A stretch of DNA of 64,000 bases from Narcine bancroftii (taxonomy: Eukaryota), in assembly GCF_036971445.1 (NCBI RefSeq), contig NC_091471.1, positions 176,762,001-176,826,000 of the forward strand, read 5' to 3'. Under the pieces are notes generated by a model. The model saw only the letters and a list, made by a program, of their open reading frames with translations, was not told the DNA's origin and did not search any database. The translations under genes and the position numbers were made by a program. This document shows, one piece after another, positions 53,219-64,000 of the stretch; position 1 is the stretch's first letter, and the number at the start of each line of letters is the position of its first letter.

Positions 53219-54889
53219 CATAGCAGATATTGCAAATCCATAATAAAGTAGAAATTTCCAGAAATGTTCAGCAGGTCAGACAGAATATGCAGAGAGAGGA
53301 AAACAGAGTTATCTTTATTGTTTGATAGCCTTTCAGAAGAACTGGCCAGTTTTGATACAAATTGGAATGTCTGGTTATCTAGAATCATTGAATTCAATAA
53401 ATTAAGTCCTAATGATTGTGAAGTTCGGTTCCTCCAACTTGTATTGAGTGTTAATGAGATAAGTGTAGGAGGACAAAGGCAGAAATGTTAGAGTGGAGAA
53501 ATTGAGGTGACAAGCAAATGGAAGCTGAGGGTTATTGTCGTAGACTGAACGGAAATGCGCTGAAAAAGTCACCCATTTTCCAGTTTGTATTTCCAAAGTA
53601 GAAGAGACTGTGTCATGAACATCGAGTGAAGATCAGTAACTCTGAAGAATCATTGCATCACTTGGAGTCAGTATTTGGGTCCCTGGACAGTAGGAAGAAG
53701 AAGAGAGGCTACAGCTTTATTCGAAGGGTCCAAGGACAAGTAAGTTGGATTTCGGTTTTTTACAAATTTTCACCCACAGGATATTCAAGGTGAGGAGAGA
53801 AAAGTTGGCGGAGATGTCAGAGGTAAGTTTTTTACTCAGAGGGTGATGGATGTCTGGAATGCATTGCCAGGGGTGGTGCCAGAGGCACATCCAAAAGACT
53901 CCTAGGCACATGGATATAAGAAAAATAGAAGGTTATGGGTGTGAGGCAGGGAAGGATCAGATTGTTGTGCAGTAGGTTTACATAGGTCAGCACCACATCT
54001 TGGGCAGAAGGGCTTTCATAATGCTGCCATGCTTTATGATAGGGATGTCACGTGCAAAATTTGCATGTATTGTCCTTCCCAATTACGCCCAAATTGAGGA
54101 GTTTGTTAGGCCATTTGATGTGGCGTTCCATGTGGCAAGAGGGACAAGGATAGAACATTTATTTCCTTGAAGGATGTTAGTAAAACAATTTGGTCATTAC
54201 AACATTTGAGAGGTTTCAGGGTCACTATGGTTGATAATGGTTATTTACTCTAAGAACATCTTGAATTTAGGCTCCCCAGCTGCCTTGAATGGATTTCAAC
54301 ATTTTTCTGGATTAAGGATTCAGCCTTGTAAATTCATTACCATATTAAACATTAGAGAGAGGAATAACGTTGGTATAATTATGAATGAATGAGTACTACT
54401 TCAAGCAAAGCATGGAATCCTCATTTAATGGAGATAAAAAAAATACTGAAGCTCTTTTCAGTTTCTGGCAAATAAAAAGGAACTGTGATTTTTTTGTGAA
54501 AATGAGAGATGTTCCTGGGAAGAGGTTTGCATGTTCCCAGTTTTATACTTCTGTTTAAGAAAGACTACACAAGTAAGTAAATAAGTACTTTATTGTTGTT
54601 GTGTAAGAAAAGGCAACAAAATTTTAAAAAGCAACCAACCACGGTACTCACAACAAACAAGAGCAAGTAAAACAAGAAAGAAGTCTCTCCCGTCCGAACC
54701 CGACATTCGCGAACAAATACGCACTCAAGAACACACACACAAACTGCAAAGAAGCGCCACGAGCCACTGTGTCTATGCGCGCCACCATCTTCAAAGATAA
54801 TCCACCCACATTTGCAGGTGGAACTTCAAAACTAGACAGCCTATTTTGAAGGAGTGGATTTCAAGCCAATAAAGCTCATTGGGGTCGAA

Positions 54890-55100
54890 CAAGAAAATCT
54901 GCAGATGTTGGGGTTGAGTGCAATGCAGAAAAGTGATGGAGAAACTCAGCAGGTCATGCAGCACCCATAGGATGTAAACAGTAGTTGATATTTCAGGCCT
55001 GAGCTTTCATTAGGAATTTGGGCTCAGACCTGAAACATCAACTGCCTTTTACTTCCTCTTAATGCTGCTTTATCCTTTGAGTTTCTCCAGTACTTTTGTG
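54890..55100. repeat. Inverted pair of Penelope terminal sequences (hairpin)
   Basis: ggagaaactcagcagg...gttgatatttcaggcctgagc / ggctcagacctgaaacatcaac...gagtttctccag. Confidence 0.65.
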
Positions 55101-56251
55101 CCATACAAGCACATTGAGTTCAAATGGTTCAGCTCGGATGAGATTACGAGCGCTGTTATTTCTGCCACTATTGCCATTTTATGCTCACATCCACTGTCCA
55201 CTTTCAGCCCCTCCCAGCTACAATTACAGGGATCTTCAGCTGATGCTCTGCAAAACTGTGGAGAGGTTTGGCATGCAGTTAGATCATGTTAAAATGCTTT
55301 TGGTTGCTGGCAGACAATCCCACATTTCTATAGGCATCTGACACCTCCCCCATTTGTTCATCATTTCATTCTTGGAATCTCACACCAAAGAGAAAGATCT
55401 TCAGCAGAATGAGCAAAGAAACAAAGTTGGAAGCACATACATCAGCGAAAAAGGTCAATCAGCCTATTGCGTCCATACTGACCATCACCCACTTTTACTC
55501 TTATTCTACTCATCAACTCTCACCCCCTTAGTTCAAATTCTACACAATGGGAACAAAAGAAAAGCAAGCAATCTAAACCTTTTTTTTTGGCTATGGCTAC
55601 CCTAAGATGGGTGCCCTTCACTGTGAAGCAGTCAAGTTTTGGTTTCTTCTGTACTTCTCTCCTACCGACTACTTCTTCATTAAAAAAAAAAGAAAAATAT
55701 TTACTTAGTGTGAGGTGAAAGGAAAACAAGGATTTTACTTAAATGTGCCGTCGTCCCCATTGAGAAGGGCTGATTTATAGCATCCAGTTTATCGACAAAG
55801 CTGCATGCTTTTGGAACTTGGAACCAGGGCGGAGCACTTGGAGGAAACCAATGCAGTCACAGGAAAAGTGTGAGCACTCTTGCATCCCTGAGGCATCCAA
55901 GGGGATTTCAGCCTCTGGAAATCCTCCCTCACTCTTCCCTTCTCTTAAACTGCTGAGATCCTGAGTATAAGGGGATTGAGGTTTGTCACCAACATCTGAC
56001 TCAAAGTTCTGGAAGCAATGATTCATGCATTTAATAGATTCACAGTTCTCCCCCCTATTCAGCAAGCAAATGAAGTCCTATAAGAATATAAAAAACATAA
56101 AAAATAGATACTGGAGTAGGCCATTCACTCATTTGTGTCTGCTCTGCCAATAATAAATCAATGCTGATTTGTTTTTATCTTGGCAGCAGAGGCTCCAAAG
56201 ATTATATCTTCTCTTTAAGCCGTTGTCGGTCCCATAACATTTTGTGCCTAC

Positions 56252-58534
56252 CTGTTCCAAATCCTGGACTCTGACCTGCAGCAGTGAGTGATGCTCTTGC
56301 AGTGATCGCAAAGCTGCTTCCTTATTGTGTAGCTCTCCCTTCAGAATCTGTAACCGCTGGCATTCCTCATTCACCACGGCCTCCAAAGAAACAACCAACT
56401 GAGACTCTTTGGTGAGTTGAGTTTCAAGTGTTTTCTTTTCCTGCCGAAGAGTGATTTCTACTCTCTTTCTTTCACTCTGTGTTTCTTCTGCCTCCTCGAC
56501 TTGTTTTTCAAGCCGCTTAACATTCCCCTCAGACACTTCAAATTCTTTTATCCTCTTTTTCAATTGCATTTCGAGATTTTGCTTTGATGCTTGGCAGATG
56601 GACTCTTTGAACTCAAGCTCTTTAATCTTTTCGTTGAGCTCTGCTATCACACTTACTTGTTCCTTTCTCTTCAAAATATCAAGCTCAAAGTCATTGACTT
56701 TCTTTTGAAGTTGAGCTTCCAGGTTGATTTTAGCAGTTTCTAATTCATTTATCCTATCCATCTGCCACTGTGTTTTGACTTTAACTTCCCTTTCAAATTT
56801 TTCAAGATCAGAACACTTCACTTTCCAATGATGCAGTTCTTCACTCATCCCACGTTGTTTGATACCCAACTCTTCATTACGTTGTGCCAGCCTTCCCTGT
56901 GTCTCTTCCATTGCTTTTAGAAGAGACTCCTGGTTGGAAATTCTTGCCTGAAATTTCTCCACAGTTTCTTCTTTCATAATGAGGAGCTTTTCCATGCGAG
57001 CTATTTTTTCCTGCAAGTTCCTGGTCTCTCCTTCCTGTACCCCTTCGATTAGCTTTTCCAGCATCCTGCTTCGTTCCTGCAACCTCCTTTCAGACTCTTG
57101 TTGCTGCTCTTGTAATCTACCAATCTCCTCTGTTAAACACTCTACTTCATCTTTGAAGTGTTCCAGTTCTTCATTCTTTGCACTCAGCTCCATTTCAAAC
57201 CTGCTTCTCATTTTCACAATGAATCCCGCTTTGCCTATCTCAACCTCTGTCTTTTGGCTCAACTCAGCTTCACATTCTGCCTTTTCCTTGTCAGCCTCTG
57301 GAAAGGTGTCATGTTTTTTGTCCACCAGGGTCTCTGCATTCTTAACACTTCTCATCTTTTCTTCCATTGTCTTCAATGTCTTTCTTAAAGCCTCATCTTT
57401 CTCCATTAATTGTTTCCTTAGAGTCTTAATTTTGTCAGAATGCTTCCCTTCCACTCGCTTGAATTGCTCATTCATTTGCTGTTCAAAATGCTCCCACTCA
57501 TGGACAGTTTTTTCCAGATCTGAACATTGCTTTTTTAACTTCAGCTCGCAGCTCACTCTCTCTTCGAGGTCCATCTTTAATTTGGCAGTCTTTAATTCAA
57601 GAGCATTTCTGCATTCTTCTAACTCATCAATTTTCCAAAGCAAATCTTTGTTTATTTCTTCAAGCTGGGAATGAGCCTCATCTCGCTCCTTAATCTCATC
57701 AAGCAATGTTTTCATTTGCTCCTGGAACTCTTCCTCAGCATTTTCCTTGTCCATCTGGAGCTGCTCCACCTGCTTATACCTCTCCTCCAGCTTACTTTCA
57801 ATATCTTCCTTCTGCTTTGCCAACTGATCCAATTTGGCACAGCGCGAGCTAAGTAGGCTTTGATTCTCTTGGCTTTGCTGAAGTTGAGCTTCAAGACCCT
57901 TGACTCTTTCAATCAGCTCCTTCTCACTCATGTCTTTAAGCTTCAAAAGTCCTTCTAAATTTTTGACTGTTTGAAGGAGTTCTGCTTTGGCACTGTGTTT
58001 ACCTTCACTTTCTTCATCACTGCTGTGGGAATCCAGTGATTCTAATTCCCTCACCGAGGCCAGCTTGCCTTTAAGAGCATCGCCCTCAAAACGAAGTTGA
58101 TGGCACAGAATTTCCGTCTCAATCAGCTTATTCCTCAGAGTTGCTATCTCTTCCTTTCTGACCTCCTGTTGAATTACATACACCTTTAATTTCTCTTCAA
58201 GAATTTTCTGATTGTCAAGAGCTTCACTCCCTGTGAAATTGGGCTCTGCTAGCAAATTGACAAATTTTAAAATATTATCTTCAAGTTCTGCTATCCTGTT
58301 GCCTCTGCATTTGTTTTCCTCTTTCAGTGTTATCAGGTACTCTTGTAAAGTTTTGATATTTATATCAGTCATTTGTTCCCCTGGAAAGGACTCAAAATGT
58401 CCTTTTTTCTCAGGTTCTGGGGGAGACAACACATGTTCCTCTGAAGGTGGTGAGTCCTGTAATTGTATCCTCTTATCTTCAGCATCTTGCCATTTGTCCT
58501 CAGCACTCTGTGTTTTTTTAAGTTGGTTCTCCAT
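56252..58534 (-). CDS. Large coding exon (761 codons) of an E/K/Q/L-rich coiled-coil protein; either an upstream part of the C4orf50-like locus or a separate gene
   Basis: Uninterrupted 802-aa ORF with heptad-like composition. ATG at 58534 has a good Kozak context (gtgATGG). Coiled-coil character ends at the phase-0 donor CAG|gtaggc at 56252. Confidence 0.85.
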
Positions 58535-60699
58535 CACACCTGAATCAGCTATTTAGAATTTTTCTTCAAATACTCCTTGGTAGTTAAAAAAAAAACAAAT
58601 CTTTGTTTGAATGATCTTCCTCCTGATTAAACAGAAATGCATTTGAAAAATTTGAATGGCATCGTCCAATGTGGATTTAGCATGAGTGTATGTATTGATT
58701 ATCTCCTTGTGTTTGTCTTTAATGGAAGCTTGGAATTTGGTCGATGCCTCCACTTCAATGTATTGGTTTTGCTTTGTACATTTTGAGATTTGCTCTGCCA
58801 CCTTAGCTTTATCTTCTGTGAGCTTTCTTGTAGTCTAAAAATGAAAAGAATTAAAAGGTAACAATGAGGAGTATTATTAAATGGATGTTAAAAACTATGA
58901 AAAATACTGTTTTAAACAAAGCTGTAAATTATATGCTTTTTAGAAGCAAGCAGAAAATATTTTCACAAAGTTTATTCATTTTGTTTTTCCAAGCCTACAC
59001 ACAGTGCCAGGTGATTTAGGGATGTGGAATACTCTTCAAGCTTTCACTGAGTCAGTATTATAGTCATGCTATTGAATTATAGGGACACAGGAGTCATTCA
59101 GCTCACAGCTCATTAAGCTCACTCTGCTATTTGAGTTCATTCCAGCTTTAAGTGTGACCCCATGGCCATATAGCATGTGGGATCCTTGGTTTTGTGCATT
59201 GAGGCATGGAGGTGAAGAGTATAAACCAACAACTGCAATATTGTTATACAGGAAAGCCTGCAGACGCTGTGACTGCAGTGCAACACACAAAAATGTTGGA
59301 GAAACTCAAATATTTTCTCCAGCTCTTTTGTACATTCAATTGGAATACTGTACCCACTTTTTGATGCTTCAGGTGAGGAAAAATATGAAACCCTTAAGTG
59401 AAACACAAATCAGTCAGCCAGAATGATTCCAGGGATGTGTGGCTTCAGTTCCATGCACAAAGTGGAGAAACTGGAGCTATTCCCTTGGAATATTGGAGGT
59501 TGAAAGGGGTTCTCATACAATTCTGAAGGGTCAAGTCAGAACAGAGAGAAACTATATTTGTTGGCAGAAGGAGTGAAGCATGAAAGACTGCAGTCACTGT
59601 GATTGTAGTTGAAAAAAAGACATATTGGAGGAACTCATCTGGTCTTGTAGTGTCCATAGGAGATAGAGATATAATATGGACGTTTTGGGACTGAACTCTT
59701 CTTCAAGGATCAAAATCCAAAGAACGTGGAATGAAGGTGATGATATCAGAACGAAAAGTGACATGAGAATTTTTGTTTCCATTGTAAAGAATTAGACACC
59801 ATTAGGCTGGGAGAGGCCATTTTAATCAGGGCATTAAAAAGGGAATTGCAGAAGTATTGAAAGGGAAAAGAAAGATAGAGGGCAAGGGAGTGGGTTGCTC
59901 TTAAAGCTAGACTGGACTCGAAGAGCTACTGGGGCAGTCCCTCCACATCCAAACCAATTAAATTGAGGTAGATGGTGATGCCAGCTAATGGGCAGAGACC
60001 ATTAGGAAATTAATTGGGAGCTATTTTTCTCAGAGAGACGTTCAAAAGATTTGACTGAGATTTTGATAAGAGTAAACAGGGAGAAGCTATTTCTGATGGC
60101 GGAAGGGTGAGCCAACCAAATGACATAGGTTCAAAGTTTAATTGGCAAAAGACTCAGGGGAAGATGAGCAATCTTTTATAATGCTGTTATAATCTGGACT
60201 CCATTTCCTGAGCAATGTTGAAACAGTAACTTTCAAAGGGGATAACATACGAAACATTGAAAACTTTGTTGAGCTATGGCAAAAAGCAGGAAGGAAAGAT
60301 TAATTGCATAGCTCTTCAAAGCTGTACTAGTCGCATAATACAATGATGTTCACATTTTGCACACAGAGAATAACATCAAGACCTGTGGGCTATTACCTAT
60401 TAATCCCTTCCAGAGAGGAACTGCTTTAGCTGGGAAACCATCATGATGATCTAACCCAATTAACTCACTGGAAATTGCATTTACTGGATGAACCAGCAGA
60501 AAGATTTACTAAAGATATTTATTTTAAAATGCAATATATTTATTAGATGTTTAAAAAGAAATGCTGTTATTGTACAGCAATAAATTCTTCTCATAAAAGT
60601 GCAGTAATAGTATATTTTTAATCTACATCTTCAATGTATAAAGAATGTTCTTAATAACTACTGGAAGAGCAAACTTTAAATTATGAGAGATGGTTTGAT

Positions 60700-63600
60700 G
60701 GAACATTACAGCACAAAAACAGGCCCTTCTGCCCTTCTAGTCTGGCCAAATTATTATTCTGCCTAGTCCCACTGACCTGCACCCAAACCATAGCCCTCCC
60801 ATCCATGTACCTGTCAAATTTTCTTAAATTTGAAAATTGACCCTGCATTCAGCTGACAGCTTGATCGGCACCCCCATTACCCTCTGTGTGAAGAATTTCC
60901 GCATAGGTTCCCTCTAAACCAGTTGTTTTCAAACTTTTTCTTTCCACTCACATACCACTTCAAGCATTTCCTATGCCATAGGTGCCCTGTGATTAGTATG
61001 GGATTGCTTAAGGTGGCATGTGAGTGGGAAGAAAAATTTTGAAAACCACTGTTTTAATCATACCTAATTGACTCATTATGTGCACAGTTCGTAACTTCAA
61101 AGGAAATGGGCCAATGACAATTTTACTCAAGCAAAATACTTCAGTAACCATTAGGTCTAGAGCAGTCAACCTTCCCTTCCCACTCACTTACCACCTTAAG
61201 TAATCCCTTACTAATCACAGAGCATAGGGATTACTTAAAGTGGAATGTGATTGGAAAGAAAAAATTTGAAAACCACTGGTCTAAACGTTTTCCCTTTCAC
61301 CCTTAACCCAAATGCTCTGGTTTGTATCTCACACCTAACCTCAGTAGAAAAAGCTTATCTACACTGACTCTATTTATACTCCTCATAATTTTGTATACCT
61401 CTATCAAATCTACCCTCATTCTTCTATGCTCCAGGGAATAAAGTCCCAACCAGTTTAACCTTTCCCTGTAACTCAGTTCCTGCAGTCCGGGCATCATCCC
61501 AATAAATCTTCTCTGAAATCTTTCTATCTTATTGATATCTTTCCTGCAGTTATGTGACAAAAACAGCACGCAATACTCCAAATTTGCCCTCACCAATGTT
61601 TTATACAACATTAACATAACATCCCAACTGCTCTACACATTATTTTGATTTATGAAGGCCAATATGCCAAAAGCACTCTTTGCAACCCTATCTAACTATG
61701 ACACCATTTTCAGGGAATTATGTATCTGTATTCCCAGATTTCTCTATTCTACTGCACTCAGCAGTGCTCTACCATTTACCATGTATGTCCTATCTTGGTT
61801 TGTCCTTTCCAACTGCAAAACCTCACACTTGTCTGCAATAAATTCCATCTGTCATTTTTCCTGCTGGTCCAGATCCCTCTGCAAGCTTTGAAAACCTCCC
61901 TTGCTGTCCACATCACCTCCAATCTTTGTGTCATCTGCAAACCTGCTGATTCAATTGACCACATTATCATCCAGATCATTGACATAGAGGACAAACAGCA
62001 ATGGTCCCAGCACCGATCCCTGGAGCACACCACTAGTCACAGGATTCCAATCTGAGAAGCACTCTCTGGCTTCTCCCGTATAGCCTATGTCAAATCCTAT
62101 TTACTACCTCACCATGAATTCCAAACATCTGAACCTTCCTGAATAACATTCCATGTAGACAACATCCACAGCCTTTCTTTCATCAATGTTCCTGGTAAGG
62201 TCCTCAAAAAACTCTACAAGATTGGTTAAATATGACCTACAAGGCACAAATCTATATTGACTATCCCTAATCAGTTCCCAGCTATCCAAATGGGTGTATA
62301 TCCAATCTCGTAGGACACCTTCCAATAATTTACCACCTACTGATGTCAGGCTCATTGGCCTATAATTTCTTTGGAGCCTCTTTTAAACAACAGAACAACA
62401 TGAGCTATCCTCCAATCCTCCCACACATCATTTATGGTTAAGAACATTTTAAATATTTCTGCCAGAGCCTCTGCAATTTCTACACTAGCCTCCCTCAAGG
62501 TCCTGGGGATTATCTACCTTTATTTACTTTAAGACAGCAAGCACCTCCTCCTCTCATTACCTCACTGCTTGTTTTCCTTACTTCCAACAACTCTGTGTCT
62601 GTTTCCTGAGTAAATACTGATATATAAAAAAAGCATTTAAGATCTACCCCATCTCTTTTCCTCTGTACATAGCTGACCACTCTAATATTCAAGGGGACAA
62701 ATTCTATTAACCTTTTGCTCTTAATATACCTCTAAAAATCCTTGGGATTTTCATTCGCATTGTCTGCCAAAGCAAACTCATGCCTTCTTTTAGCCTTCCT
62801 GATTTTCTTCTTAAGATTTTCTTGCATTTTTATACTCCTTAAGTACTTATTTGCTCCTTGTTACCTATACTTGCTATAAACTTCTCTCTTCTTCCAAACC
62901 AGATCTCCAAAATCCCTCAAAAACCAAGGTTCCCTATGCTTGCTAACCTTACCTTTTATCTTGACAGCAACATACATGCTCGGTACTATCAAAATTTCAT
63001 CTTTGAAGGCTTTACATTTATTGAATACATCCTTGCCAGAAAACAACTGGTCCCAAGCTTCCCTTTCTAGATCCTTTCTCGTTTCCTCAAAATTGGCCTT
63101 TCTTTACTTTAGAATCTCAACCTGAAACCCAGACCTATCCATTTCCATAATTAACTTGAAACTAGTGGCATTATAATCACTGGACCCAAAATGTTCCCCT
63201 ACACATATTTCTGTCACCTGTTCTGTCTCGTTTTCTAATAAGATATCCAGTACAGCACTCTCTCTAGTTGGTACCTCAATATATTGATTTAGAAAATTTT
63301 CATGAAAACATATGACAAAGTCCAAGCCATTCAACCCTTTTACAATATAGAAGTCCCAGTCAATATGTGGAAGGTTAAAATCTAATATCACTTCTTTAAG
63401 GTTCCTGCAGCTGTCTGCTACCTCTCTACAGATTTGCTTCTCCAATACTTGCTGTCTATAATACAAGTATACCATTTTGGATACTGTTGAGTGTGGTCAT
63501 AGCTTTCCCATTCCTCAGTTCCACCCATATAGCCTCAGTAGAGGAACCCTCTGCTCTGTCCTTTCTGAACACAGATGTGATATTTTCCCTTACAAACAAT

Positions 63601-64000
63601 GCCACCCCCCCCCCCTTCAATCCTTCACCCTCTATTACGACTGAAACAAATGATCCCCAGAACATTCTATTGCCAGTCCTGCCCCCCGTGTAAACAATTT
63701 TCACTAACGGCCACAATGTAATAATTCCACTTGTCAAACCACACTCTAAACTCGTATGACTTTCTGAACCATATCCTTTGCCATTGAAATAGCTGCACCT
63801 GAGAACATTTCACCATGTACAACCCTTTGATTCCTAACTTTACATGCAGATCTTTTTCCTCTTCCACTCCACTCTCTGCTCTGGCACTCTAGTTTCCATC
63901 CCTCTGCAAATCCAGTTTAAACCATCCCAGAGCAGCTCGAGAAAACCTTGGAGGACGTGTCCTTCAACCTAGTGCCCAATTCCCTGACTTTCTTTGCGGG
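60700..64000 (-). mobile_element. Degenerate CR1 LINE (ORF1 remnant to 3' tail)
   Basis: GGGVALFVRENIT, DFNLPHIDW, YLTNLVEFFEDLT and LYKTLVRANLEYCV; 3' tail at ~60700. Confidence 0.9.
60920..61278. mobile_element. hAT (Charlie-like) MITE inserted in CR1
   Basis: TIRs CAGTTGTTTTCAAACTTTTT / AAAAATTTGAAAACCACTG and 8-bp TSD ctctaaac/gtctaaac. Confidence 0.85.

Noticed and set aside
56451-58556. Ser/Phe-rich plus-strand ORFs (e.g. 56979-57674; also 30690-30914)
   Set aside because: Antisense shadows of E/K-rich coiled-coil codons.

Overview
Repeat-rich vertebrate genomic DNA. The mix of CR1 LINEs, tRNA-derived V-SINE/HE1-like SINEs and Penelope elements points to a cartilaginous fish (inferred, not proven). 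One multi-exon coiled-coil locus runs on the minus strand. A C4orf50-like coding region starts at ATG 41429 and continues through phase-compatible exons (41429-41146, 34354-34207, 31381-30665, 26531-26472, then weaker candidates). Upstream lie a 761-codon coiled-coil exon (58534-56252) and two small exons whose reading frame ends in a TGA directly abutting, in frame, the C4orf50-like ATG. The introns hold degenerate CR1, Tx1, Rex1/Babar, RTE and Penelope retroelements, a full-length Gypsy element with a 5-bp TSD, solo LTRs, and Tc1, hAT, Harbinger-like and Tigger-like DNA elements, often nested 3 deep. The most notable observations are the TGA-ATG gene junction, about 10 relic hammerhead-ribozyme-like motifs in Penelope termini, two locally templated duplications and composite MITEs. 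All calls were made by eye; TE boundaries without a TSD are approximate. No rRNA, tRNA gene or CRISPR array was seen.
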